Shown here: one piece after another, positions 36,659 through 45,455 of the stretch
How positions within the stretch are numbered: the stretch's first letter is position 1
How the letters are laid out: each line of letters starts with the position of its first letter
Assembly (NCBI GenBank): GCA_964458655.1
Contig: CAYWJT010000003.1
Span: forward strand, 6,015-70,014
From: an uncultured Eubacteriales bacterium
GTDB lineage: Bacteria > Acidobacteriota > Aminicenantia > Aminicenantales > Saccharicenantaceae
DNA: 64,000 nucleotides
Reading direction: 5' to 3'
Notes under the pieces: generated by a model
Seen by the model: only the letters and a program-made list of their open reading frames with translations
Databases searched by the model: none
What the model was told of the DNA's origin: nothing
Position numbers and translations under genes: made by a program

Positions 36659-37591
36659 ATGAGAAGAGGATTCTTGCTTTTGCTGCTCGCGCTGGCCGCG
36701 GGCGGCGCGTCGGAGGCAGGAGCGGTGCATAAAGGAAATGCGTCCACGGCCCGGGAGGCCGCTCTCATGGCCTCCTTCATCCCTCGCTCGGCCGGGCCCT
36801 GGCAGGCCGAGGCCGACGAGGTCTACGACCCGGAGACCATATTCAGCTATATAGATGGCGCCGGCGAGGTCTACCGGTCCTACAATTTCCGGCTGCTGGT
36901 GGCCCGCCGCTTCCACAAGGACGGCAAGCCCGACATCGTGGTCGACCTGTTCGACATGGGCGGTCCGTCCGACGCCTTCGGCGTTTTCACCCACGACCTC
37001 GACGGTCAGGAAGCGGGCGTCGGACAGGGCTCGAGGTACAGGGCCGGGCTCCTTTCCTTCTGGAAGGACAGGTACTTCGGCTCGGTCTACGCCGAGGAGG
37101 AAACGGCTGAAACACGGGAGTTGGTCCTGGAGCTCGGACGCAGCATCGCGGCCGCCATCCCCGGGAAGGGCCGGTTGCCGGAGGTGCTCGCCTTTTTGCC
37201 GCGGGCCGGGCTCAGGCCTGATTCGGAGCGCTTCTTCCACAACTATTCCGTCCTGAATTACCATTTCTTCGTCGCCGACCAGGACATACTGCGCCTTGAG
37301 GGCCGGGCCGACGCGCTGCTTGCGACCTATGACCTGCCCTCGGGGCAAGCCCGGTTGCTCGTGGTGCGCTATCAAACGCCGGAAACGGCCGCCGAGGGCT
37401 TGGCCGCGTTCGTGTCCGCTTACATGCCGGACGCCGGGAAAAAAGGCATCATCCGGACCGAGGACGGCAAGTGGACGTCATGCCGGCGCATGGGGAGGAC
37501 GGTGACGGTCGTCTTCGGCGCGGCGAGCGAACGTGACGCGGCCGTCGGTTTCGAAGAAGTCGAGAAGCTCGTCCGGGAAAGGGAAAAATAG
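36659..37591 (+). CDS. Hypothetical secreted protein
   Basis: Signal peptide MRRGFLLLLLALAAGGASEA; balanced composition; 310 aa. Confidence 0.55.
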   Translation: MRRGFLLLLLALAAGGASEAGAVHKGNASTAREAALMASFIPRSAGPWQAEADEVYDPETIFSYIDGAGEVYRSYNFRLLVARRFHKDGKPDIVVDLFDMGGPSDAFGVFTHDLDGQEAGVGQGSRYRAGLLSFWKDRYFGSVYAEEETAETRELVLELGRSIAAAIPGKGRLPEVLAFLPRAGLRPDSERFFHNYSVLNYHFFVADQDILRLEGRADALLATYDLPSGQARLLVVRYQTPETAAEGLAAFVSAYMPDAGKKGIIRTEDGKWTSCRRMGRTVTVVFGAASERDAAVGFEEVEKLVREREK

Positions 37592-37684
37592 GCCGGCCCG
37601 CGGAGTGCGCGTCGGACGCGCTTCCGGCGGACAGGCTTTTCCAGCGTCGGGCCGGGCCGTTAAATCGGGCCGTCCAACGGGCCC

Positions 37685-37716
37685 TTGCGCCTGCGGCGAG
37701 GTCGTATAAAATATAT
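37685..37716 (+). promoter_or_regulatory. Candidate promoter TTGCGC-N16-TAAAAT (TATAAAATATAT block)
   Basis: gcccTTGCGCctgcggcgaggtcgTATAAAATATATcggggagggcgatATG. Confidence 0.35.
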
Positions 37717-37729
37717 CGGGGAGGGCGAT

Positions 37730-38644
37730 ATGGCTAACAAACCGGTCACGAGAAGGGACTTCCTCAAAGCGGCCGCGACAGCGTCCATCGCGGGAATGGT
37801 CATGCCCGCGGCGCAGGGCCGCGAGCCTTCCGGCGGCGGAAGGGTCCAGGCGACGACTGCGCCCCTGACCAGGGTCGTCCTGGTCCGGGACCGCGACGCC
37901 CTCAAGGCCGACGGACGGCCCGACCCCGCGGTCATCCAGCGCATGCTCGACGAAGCGGTGGCGGCGCTTTTCGAGGAGAAGGACGCCGTCAGCGCCTGGA
38001 AAAAGATCATCGAACCCGACGACACCGTGGGAATAAAGTCGAACGTCTGGAATTATATCCCGACGACGGCCGAGGTCGAGCAGGCCATCAAGCGCCGGGT
38101 GATGGACGCGGGCGTACCGGAGGACAGGATAGCCGTCGACGACCGCGGTGTGCTCCGCAACCCGGTCTTCCAGAAGGCCACGGCCCTTATCAACGCCCGT
38201 CCGGGCCGCACGCACCACTGGTCCGGCATGGGCACGCTCATCAAGAACTACATCATGTTCACGCCCAGCCCGCCGGCCTATCATCCCGACACGTGCGCCG
38301 ACCTGGCGAAGCTCTGGGAACTTCCGCTCGTCAAGGGCAAGACCCGCCTGAACATCCTGGTCATGCTGACGCCCCTGTTCCACGGCATCGGGCCGCACCA
38401 CTACAGCAAGGAATACACCTGGCCTTACTGCGGACTGCTCGTCAGCCGCGACCCCGTGGCCGCGGACGCGACCGGCCTGCGCATCCTCCAGGCCAAACGC
38501 CGAGAGCACTTCGGCGAGGACAGGCCGCTGCAGCCTTCGCCCCACCATATCTTCCTGGCCGAGACCAGGCACCATCTGGGTGTGGCCTCGGAGGACAAGA
38601 TCGAGCTGGTCAGACTGGGCTGGAAGGAAGGAGCGCTGATCTGA
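37730..38644 (+). CDS. Tat-signal protein, DUF362-like (uncertain family)
   Basis: MANKPVTRRDFLKAAATASIAGMVMPAAQG Tat motif; GGGGAGGG RBS; DUF362 call from memory only. Confidence 0.6.
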   Translation: MANKPVTRRDFLKAAATASIAGMVMPAAQGREPSGGGRVQATTAPLTRVVLVRDRDALKADGRPDPAVIQRMLDEAVAALFEEKDAVSAWKKIIEPDDTVGIKSNVWNYIPTTAEVEQAIKRRVMDAGVPEDRIAVDDRGVLRNPVFQKATALINARPGRTHHWSGMGTLIKNYIMFTPSPPAYHPDTCADLAKLWELPLVKGKTRLNILVMLTPLFHGIGPHHYSKEYTWPYCGLLVSRDPVAADATGLRILQAKRREHFGEDRPLQPSPHHIFLAETRHHLGVASEDKIELVRLGWKEGALI

Positions 38645-38645
38645 C

Positions 38646-39029
38646 ATGCCGATATACGAGTACCGTTGCGCCGAATGCGGCCGGAGGAGCTCGCTGCTGT
38701 TCCTCTCCATCGCGGCGGCGGCTGAGCCGCGGTGCCCGCACTGCGGCGGCGCCAGGATGCGCAAGCTCGTATCGAGGGTCGCCGTGATGCGTTCCGAAGA
38801 GAGCCGCCTGGAGGGACTGGCCGACCCGTCCAGGCTTTCCGGACTTGACGAGAGCGACCCGGCCAGCGTCGCCCGCTGGGTGAAGAAGATGGGCCGGGAG
38901 ATGGGCGAGGAGCTGGGCGACGATTTCGAGGAGGAAGTGGACCGGGCGGCGGAAGAGGCCGCCGCTTCCGGAGCGGAGAGCGGCGAGGGCGGCGGGCCCG
39001 AAGGCACCGGCGGAGCCTGGGATGAATGA
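38646..39029 (+). CDS. FmdB-family zinc-ribbon protein with acidic C-terminal tail
   Basis: MPIYEYRCAECG...CPHCGG signature; starts 2 nt after upstream stop. Confidence 0.6.
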   Translation: MPIYEYRCAECGRRSSLLFLSIAAAAEPRCPHCGGARMRKLVSRVAVMRSEESRLEGLADPSRLSGLDESDPASVARWVKKMGREMGEELGDDFEEEVDRAAEEAAASGAESGEGGGPEGTGGAWDE

Positions 39030-40278
39030 AGCGATAGTCTTCATCTTGGGGGTGGTCGTCGGAGCCGTCCTGTTCCTCGTCGTCCATCTGCTCAAGCGCC
39101 GCGAGGCCAGGGAGATCGCCCGGGAACTCGTGAGCGAGACCGAAGCCGAGAAGTCGCGCGACCTCGAGCTGCTCGTGGCCAAGATCCGCGAGATCTTCGG
39201 TTCGCTCTCGCACGAAGCCCTGAGGTCCAACACAGAACAGTTCCTGAGCCTGGCCCAATCCGTCCTGTCGAAGCAGACCGTGAGCGGCGAGAAGGACCTC
39301 GAGGCCAAGAAGAAGCTCATCGACCAGACGCTGGAGTCGATGCGCGGCGACCTGAAGAAGGTCGAGGAGCTGATGGCCGCGCTGGAGAAGGACCGGGCCC
39401 AGAAGTTCGGCGAACTCGCCTCCGGCATCAGGATGACGGCCGAGCAGACGGCCCGGCTGCAGGAGACGGCCGAAAGGCTGCGTCAGGCCCTGGCCAGCAC
39501 CAAGGCCCGGGGCCAGTGGGGCGAGCGGATGGCCGAGGATGTCCTGAGGCTTTCGGGCTTCATCGAGGGCGTCAACTACCTGAAGCAGAAGGTCCTGGAC
39601 GCGGCCGCCTCCAGGCCTGACTACACCTTCCCGCTGCCGAAGGGCCAGAAGATCAACATGGACGTCAAGTTCCCGCTCTCGAATTTCCTGCGCTACCTCG
39701 AGGCGGAAAGCGAAGCAGAGCGCGAGGCCTGCAAGACCCAGTTCCTGCGCGACGTCCGGGCCAGGATCAAGGAGGTCACCGGCCGGGATTACATCAACCC
39801 CGAGGACCAGACCCTGGACTACGTGCTGGTCTTCATCCCCAACGAGCAGGTCTACGCCTTCATCAACCAGAACGACCCCTCGCTGATAGACGACGCCCTG
39901 AAGAGCAAGGTCATACTCTGCTCCCCGTTCACCCTTTACGCCATCCTGGCCATAATCAGACAGGCCATGGACAATTTCAACCTGGAAAGGGCGGCCGACG
40001 ACATGCTCAAGCTGATGGGCTCCTTCTTCAAGGAATGGGGCAAGTACCGGGAATCGATGGACCGGATGGGCAAGAAGCTGGGCGAGGCCAGAGAGGAGTT
40101 CGACCGTCTCGTCTCGACCCGCAGCAACAAGCTGGAGAAGCCGCTCCGGGCCATCGAGGAGATCCGCAGGCAGAAGGGCATCGAGGCCGTGATAGATCTC
40201 GGGGAGCTCGAGGCCGGCGAGCCGGAGGCCGAGCCAAGAGCGCTGGGCGAGGCGTCGGAGGAAGAACCGGGCTCTTAA
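39022..40278 (+). CDS. rmuC: DNA recombination protein RmuC
   Basis: N-terminal TM, long coiled coil, conserved GQWGERMAEDVLRLSGF...NY region; overlaps fmdB end by 8 nt. Confidence 0.8.
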   Translation: MNEAIVFILGVVVGAVLFLVVHLLKRREAREIARELVSETEAEKSRDLELLVAKIREIFGSLSHEALRSNTEQFLSLAQSVLSKQTVSGEKDLEAKKKLIDQTLESMRGDLKKVEELMAALEKDRAQKFGELASGIRMTAEQTARLQETAERLRQALASTKARGQWGERMAEDVLRLSGFIEGVNYLKQKVLDAAASRPDYTFPLPKGQKINMDVKFPLSNFLRYLEAESEAEREACKTQFLRDVRARIKEVTGRDYINPEDQTLDYVLVFIPNEQVYAFINQNDPSLIDDALKSKVILCSPFTLYAILAIIRQAMDNFNLERAADDMLKLMGSFFKEWGKYRESMDRMGKKLGEAREEFDRLVSTRSNKLEKPLRAIEEIRRQKGIEAVIDLGELEAGEPEAEPRALGEASEEEPGS

Positions 40279-40290
40279 CTCTTTCTTTTG

Positions 40291-40317
40291 GTGTCTGGCA
40301 CCGAGGGTACCAGACGC
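40291..40317. terminator. 8-bp-stem hairpin (GTGTCTGG-11nt-CCAGACGC) between convergent rmuC and yggS stops; orientation ambiguous
   Basis: ctttcttttgGTGTCTGGcaccgagggtaCCAGACGCaaaaata; T-tract precedes and A-tract follows on plus strand. Confidence 0.3.
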
Positions 40318-40326
40318 AAAAATATG

Positions 40327-41004
40327 TTAACCCCTCGGGCCGAAGATCCCGGTGCCGATCCTGACCAGCGTCGCGCCCTCTTCGACAGCCACCCGCCAGG
40401 AATTGGTCATGCCCATGGAGAGCCAGGACATGGTCGCGTTGGGGATGTCGAGCGCGCGCAGGGCCTCGAAAAGGCGGCGCGTTTCCCGGAAGTAGGGCCG
40501 GGCGTCCTCCGGGTCGCCTTCGAACGGCCCCATGGTCATGAGGCCGAGCAGGCGCAGGTGGCCGAGTCCCGCGACGCTTCGGGCCAGGCTCTCGACGTCC
40601 TCCGGCAGGACGCCCGCTTTCTGAGGCTCGCGGCCGCTGTTGACCTCGATCAGCACTTCGACCGTCTTCCCGGCCGCGGCGGCGCGCCTGTTGAGTTCGA
40701 CGGCCAGCTCGACCGAATCCACCGTCTCGATCATGTCGAAGATCTCGACCGCTTTCTTGGCCTTGTTCTTCTGCAGACGGCCGATCATGTGCCAGCGGAC
40801 CGGCAGCGCCTCTCCGCGCATGGCCTCGACGGCGGCCCTGGCCCTTTCCGCTTCCTGGACATAGTTCTCGCCGATGATGGCGACGCCGGCTTCGACGGCC
40901 TCGACGATCTCGGCGGCAGTCCTGGTCTTGGCCGCAGCCGCCAGAGCGACGCCGGGCGGCAGTTCCTTAAGTATCGCTTTGACGTTTTCGGCTATCATGT
41001 TCAT
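40327..41004 (-). CDS. yggS: YggS-family pyridoxal-phosphate homeostasis protein (alanine-racemase-N fold)
   Basis: [12 protein letters not shown]..., ...GENYVQE..., [10 protein letters not shown], ...SMGMTNS... motifs; upstream 300 codons of ORF-track ORF are junk. Confidence 0.85.
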   Translation of the reverse strand: MNMIAENVKAILKELPPGVALAAAAKTRTAAEIVEAVEAGVAIIGENYVQEAERARAAVEAMRGEALPVRWHMIGRLQKNKAKKAVEIFDMIETVDSVELAVELNRRAAAAGKTVEVLIEVNSGREPQKAGVLPEDVESLARSVAGLGHLRLLGLMTMGPFEGDPEDARPYFRETRRLFEALRALDIPNATMSWLSMGMTNSWRVAVEEGATLVRIGTGIFGPRG

Positions 41005-41176
41005 TGCACCCGTCGTTCGCGGCGCGTTAGGCATCTTGCATATCCGGCACGAGGCTCGTGCGGCGCCGCGCCAAAAAAGCGAGACAATTTTAGCACATAC
41101 GTCTTGCCGGCGGGAATCTTGGGAAAACGAGGGACAGGCACCTCTGTGCCTGTGGCCGTTCGAACCCGTTTCTCTC

Positions 41177-41205
41177 TTGACCGGCCGGGCCCGACCTCGT
41201 ATCAT
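41177..41205 (+). promoter_or_regulatory. Candidate sigma70 promoter TTGACC-N17-TATCAT for dgt-like gene
   Basis: ctcTTGACCggccgggcccgacctcgTATCATtcg; GTG start 41242 with GGAG RBS. Confidence 0.4.
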
Positions 41206-41241
41206 TCGCTCGTACCGCGTCGTCAGGGACCGGAGCACAAG

Positions 41242-42282
41242 GTGAGCGAGCATACGATCCGCGAGCAGATCGAGCAACTGGAGTCCGAAACTCTTTCGCC
41301 CCGGGCCTGCCTGAGCTCGCGCTCCCGGGGCCGGGTCAGGCCGGAAGCGCCGCATCCGCTCCGGACCGCCTTCCAGCGTGACCGCGACAGGATCATCCAT
41401 TCCAAGTCCTTCCGCCGCCTCAAGCACAAGACCCAGGTCTTCCTGTCGCCGTTCGGGGACCACTACCGCACCCGCCTGACGCACTGCCTGGAGGTCTCCC
41501 AGATAGCGCGCACCATAGCCCGCGCTCTCAGGCTCAACGAAGACTTGACCGAGGCCATCGCCCTCGGCCATGACCTGGGCCACACGCCTTTCGGCCACGC
41601 CGGCGAAGAGACGCTGGCCCGCCTGCTGCCCAACGGCTTCCACCACTCCGAGCAGAGCCTGCGTGTCGTGGAGAAGCTCGAGTACGAGGGCAAGGGCCTG
41701 AACCTGACCTTCGAGGTCCGCGACGGCATCCTCAGGCATTCCAAGGGCCGAGGCGAAATATTCGACCCTGACGCCGCGGACATGCCGGCGACGCTCGAAG
41801 GCCAGATCGTGAGGGTCTCGGACGTCATCGCCTACGTCAACCACGACGTGGACGACGCCGTCCGCGGAGGCATCATCAAGGACGAGGACATCCCGCCGGC
41901 GCTGGTCAAGGTGCTGGGCAAGTTCCACGCCACCCGCATCGACCGGATGGTGATGGACGTCGTCGAAGCCAGCCTGGCCTGCGGACTGGAGAGGATCACG
42001 ATGAGCGACCGCATCCTGAAGGCCGTCCTGGGCCTCAGGGATTTCCTTTATGATCGTGTCTACTTCAACTCGGTCGCCCGCGACGAGCTCAGGAAGACCG
42101 AGAAGATCCTGCGCGACCTATTCGATTACGTGCGGGCCAACCCCAGGGGCTACGTCAAGGAATACCCGGCCGGCGACCCGCTCGTGCTCCGGGTGGGCGA
42201 TTTCCTGGCCGGCATGACCGACCGCTACGCCGTCCAGCTCTACGAAGAGATCTTCCTGCCCAAGTCCTGGCCGGTGCTCTGA
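41242..42282 (+). CDS. dGTP triphosphohydrolase-like HD-domain phosphohydrolase
   Basis: [19 protein letters not shown] motif, Dgt-like N-terminus ([20 protein letters not shown]); GTG start. Confidence 0.8.
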   Translation: MSEHTIREQIEQLESETLSPRACLSSRSRGRVRPEAPHPLRTAFQRDRDRIIHSKSFRRLKHKTQVFLSPFGDHYRTRLTHCLEVSQIARTIARALRLNEDLTEAIALGHDLGHTPFGHAGEETLARLLPNGFHHSEQSLRVVEKLEYEGKGLNLTFEVRDGILRHSKGRGEIFDPDAADMPATLEGQIVRVSDVIAYVNHDVDDAVRGGIIKDEDIPPALVKVLGKFHATRIDRMVMDVVEASLACGLERITMSDRILKAVLGLRDFLYDRVYFNSVARDELRKTEKILRDLFDYVRANPRGYVKEYPAGDPLVLRVGDFLAGMTDRYAVQLYEEIFLPKSWPVL

Positions 42283-42395
42283 GCCTGCCCGGCCAGGGTC
42301 CTCTCGACAGCGGGAAATCCCCATCATCCGTTGTAGACCGTCCGCTCCGGTCGTGGTATATATAACTCTCTTTTTCGAAGCGAGGAGGAAGGGAC

Positions 42396-44243
42396 ATGAC
42401 CAGGACAGAGGCTCTGAAAAGGATCGCGACCCGGCTGCGCGTCCATTCCCTGCGCATGACCACGACCGCCGGGTCCGGGCACCCGACGACCTGCCTGTCC
42501 GCGGCCGACCTCATGGCCGCCCTTTTCTTCAGCGAGATGCGCGTCAATCCCAAGGACCCCCACGACCCGGGCGCCGACGAGTTCGTCCTGTCCAAGGGGC
42601 ACGCTGCGCCGCTCCTCTGGGCGGCTTACGCCGAAGCCGGGCTTGTCCCCCTGAAGGAACTCCTCGACCTGCGCAAGGTCACGAGCGAGCTCGAAGGCCA
42701 CCCCACGCCTCGCATGGAATGGGTCAAGGCCGCGACCGGTTCGCTCGGCCAAGGCCTGTCCATAGGCGCGGGGCTGGCCCTTGGCCAGAAGCTCGAGGGG
42801 GCTCCGGGCCGGACTTACGTCCTTCTCGGCGACGGCGAGTGCGCGGAAGGCGCGGTCTGGGAGGCGGCGGCCGCGGCCTCGGTCTGGAAGCTTGCCAACC
42901 TCTGCGCCATAGTCGACGTCAACCGGCTCGGCCAGTCCGACGCCACCATGCACGGCCACGACCTGGCGGCCCTGGCCCGAAAGTTCCGGGCCTTCGGCTG
43001 GGAAACGCTGGTCATCGACGGCCACAGGATGGAAAAGATACTGGAGGCCTTCAGGCACGTCGGCCGCAAGGGCAAACCCACCGTTATCCTGGCCAGGACC
43101 GTCAAGGGCAAAGGCGTTTCCTTCATAGAGGACAGGAACGGGTGGCACGGCAAGCCGCTCAAGCCCGAGGAACTGGCCCGGGCGCTCGAGGAGCTGGGCT
43201 GCCTGCCTGACGTCGACGCGCGCAAGTTCCTGAGGCCGGCGCGCAAGTTCAAGAAGTCCGGACCCGGGAGAGTGGGGCGTGTCGATTTCCCGAGGACTCG
43301 CTACACCGAAAAGACGGCCACCCGGTTGGCCTACGGCAACGCCCTCCGGGAGCTGGGCCGGGTCAACGGCTCGGTCGTCGTGCTCGACGGCGACGTCAAG
43401 AACTCGACCTACGCCGATAAATTCTTCGAGGCCTTCCCGGGGCGCTCCTTCCAGTCCTACATCGCCGAGCAGAACATGATCGGGGCGGCGGTGGGCCTGG
43501 CGGCCCGCGGCTTCATTCCCTTCGCGGCCACCTTCGCGGCTTTCCTGACCCGCGCCCACGACCAGCTGCGCATGGCGGCCTATTCCTTCGCCAACATCAA
43601 GCTCTGCGGCTCCCACGTCGGCGTCAGCATCGGCGAGGACGGGCCGTCTCAGATGGGGCTCGAGGACCTGGCTATGTTCCGTTCCATCCCGGGCTGCGTC
43701 GTCCTCTACCCGAGCGACGCTTTCGCGGCCGAAGCCTGCGTCGCCGAGCTCGCGGCCAGGCGCGGCATGGGCTACATAAGGACGACGCGGCCGGCGACGC
43801 CGCTTCTCTATTCCGCCGAGGAGAGCTTCCCGGTGGGCGGGAGCAAGGTCCTGCGCCGGAGCGACCGGGACAGGGCGGCGATAATCGCAGCCGGAATAAC
43901 GGTCCATGAAGCCCTCAAGGCCCATAAGAGCTTGGCGGAAAAAAGCATCGCGGTCAGGGTCATAGACGCCTATTCCGTCGCGCCGCTCGACGAGGCTGGA
44001 ATACGTCGTGAGGTGGCTGAGGCGGGCGGCCGGGCGGTCGTCGTCGAGGACCATTTCCCCGGCGGCGGGCTCGGCGACGCCGTGGCCCAGGCCCTGGCGG
44101 GAAGGGCCGCGCTCAAGCACCTCGCGGTGCGGGACCTGCCGCGGTCGGGCAAGCCCGAGGAGCTTTTGGCCATGTACGGGATAGACGCCGCGGCTGTCGC
44201 GCGGGCCGTTGAGGAGCTTGTCAAGGGCGGGGACCAAGCCTGA
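42396..44243 (+). CDS. tkt: Transketolase (single-chain, 615 aa)
   Basis: TTAGSGHPTTCLSAADLMAALFF TPP-binding N-terminus, GDGECAEGAVWEA, C-terminal Pyr and TKC domains; RBS GAGGAGGAAGGG; upstream TGgTATATA extended -10. Confidence 0.8.
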   Translation: MTRTEALKRIATRLRVHSLRMTTTAGSGHPTTCLSAADLMAALFFSEMRVNPKDPHDPGADEFVLSKGHAAPLLWAAYAEAGLVPLKELLDLRKVTSELEGHPTPRMEWVKAATGSLGQGLSIGAGLALGQKLEGAPGRTYVLLGDGECAEGAVWEAAAAASVWKLANLCAIVDVNRLGQSDATMHGHDLAALARKFRAFGWETLVIDGHRMEKILEAFRHVGRKGKPTVILARTVKGKGVSFIEDRNGWHGKPLKPEELARALEELGCLPDVDARKFLRPARKFKKSGPGRVGRVDFPRTRYTEKTATRLAYGNALRELGRVNGSVVVLDGDVKNSTYADKFFEAFPGRSFQSYIAEQNMIGAAVGLAARGFIPFAATFAAFLTRAHDQLRMAAYSFANIKLCGSHVGVSIGEDGPSQMGLEDLAMFRSIPGCVVLYPSDAFAAEACVAELAARRGMGYIRTTRPATPLLYSAEESFPVGGSKVLRRSDRDRAAIIAAGITVHEALKAHKSLAEKSIAVRVIDAYSVAPLDEAGIRREVAEAGGRAVVVEDHFPGGGLGDAVAQALAGRAALKHLAVRDLPRSGKPEELLAMYGIDAAAVARAVEELVKGGDQA

Positions 44244-44270
44244 CGGAGGACGCGGGAGGAGACGAAGACA

Positions 44271-44312
44271 GCCGAAAGCTCGGTCAGGACGCTTCGGCTC
44301 AGGCCGCCTTTT
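44271..44312 (+). terminator. Candidate terminator after tkt (imperfect hairpin GCCGAAAGC...GCTTCGGC then T4)
   Basis: gccgaaagctcggtcaggacgcttcggctcaggccgccttttgc. Confidence 0.25.
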
Positions 44313-44350
44313 GCTGTTCCTGTCGCGGGAAGCATGACACGGTAAGAAAG

Positions 44351-45289
44351 ATGAGCGAGACGCAATTTCGGGCAGTTAGCGCGCGCCGCTTTTTCAAACC
44401 GCTCCGACCGGGACGGCCGCGGTCGGCTCTGTGGTCGCTTCTCCTGCTCGCTGGATTCGCGCTCGTTTTAATGTTCCAGTGCCGCCCGGCCCGCACTGAA
44501 TCCGGGCAGGTCGGCCGTAAACCCGGTTTGACAGCGGCAGCCGCCTCTCTTCAAAGCTCAGCCTCGGCCGGCCGCCGGCCGCGGCAGGAAGCCTCCAAAG
44601 GGAAAGTCACGGCCGTCTACGACGGCGACACAGTCAGGGTCAGGCTGGAGTCAGGCGAAGATAAACGCGTCCGTTTCATCGGCGTCGATTCCCCGGAGCT
44701 CGACGACAACCGGGAAAAGGTTCGGCTGATGGCCTTCCTGGCCAGGCGCTTCACGTTCCATCATCTTTACGGCCGCGCCGTGACCCTGACCTTCGACCGC
44801 GAGAGGGAGGACGCCTACGGCCGGTTGCTGGCCTACGTCGTGATGGAAGACGGACGGCTGTTCAACGAATCCCTGGTCAGGGAGGGCTTCGCCTTCGCCT
44901 ATCTCAAGTTCCCGTTCGACGATGCCGTCCGCAACAGGCTCAAAGAGGCCGAGGACCAAGCCCGCCGGACGTCGAGCGGGCTCTGGCAGCCGGAGCCTTT
45001 CCCCAAGATAGCCCCGGAAGCCGTCACCGCCTCGGTCGGAAAGATCGTCACGGTCGTCTTCAGGTGCGCCGGAACTTTCAAGCGGAGCGGCTACCTCTTC
45101 CTTAGGCCCGACCGGGGAAGTTTCGAAGTGTTGATCCAGCGGAGCACGCTGTCCGCGCTCAAAGGCGACACCGATTTCAAGGGCAGGACGCTCCAGGTCG
45201 TCGGCTTCGTCGAGCTCTTCCGGGGCATGCCCCAGATCGTGGTCGGGGTGGCCTCGCAGCTCGCGGTCGTTCCCGCGCAGGCGCCCTGA
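44351..45289 (+). CDS. Membrane-anchored thermonuclease (staphylococcal nuclease/SNase-like) with extra C-terminal domain
   Basis: N-terminal TM (LWSLLLLAGFALVLMF); VYDGDTVRV, RFIGVDSPE, ...YGRLLAYV... SNase motifs. Confidence 0.65.
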   Translation: MSETQFRAVSARRFFKPLRPGRPRSALWSLLLLAGFALVLMFQCRPARTESGQVGRKPGLTAAAASLQSSASAGRRPRQEASKGKVTAVYDGDTVRVRLESGEDKRVRFIGVDSPELDDNREKVRLMAFLARRFTFHHLYGRAVTLTFDREREDAYGRLLAYVVMEDGRLFNESLVREGFAFAYLKFPFDDAVRNRLKEAEDQARRTSSGLWQPEPFPKIAPEAVTASVGKIVTVVFRCAGTFKRSGYLFLRPDRGSFEVLIQRSTLSALKGDTDFKGRTLQVVGFVELFRGMPQIVVGVASQLAVVPAQAP

Positions 45290-45455
45290 CGGCCGAGGTT
45301 TCCGGGGCCGGGGCGAACCGACTTTTCACTCGAGTCGGGCCATTGTGTGCTCGATGGAGCCGACCCAGCCCGACACGACGCCTTGCCAGGCCGCGGGTTC
45401 GATTGTAGAATATTGTCTTCCGGAGTTTGAACCGACAACCTAACGGAGAAATGCC

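Noticed and set aside
36589-36780. N-terminal extension of the sugar-isomerase ORF (ATG 36654 or ORF start 36780)
   Set aside because: The extension uses AT-rich rare codons. It lies in a promoter-like AT-rich stretch and would put two divergent start codons 4 bp apart. GTG 36588 gives a typical ~287-aa TIM-barrel protein.
41005-41928. Upstream ~300 codons of the 533-aa minus-strand ORF ending in YggS
   Set aside because: Low-complexity. It overlaps the real plus-strand dgt-like gene and the divergent promoter region. YggS begins at MNMIAENV (41004).
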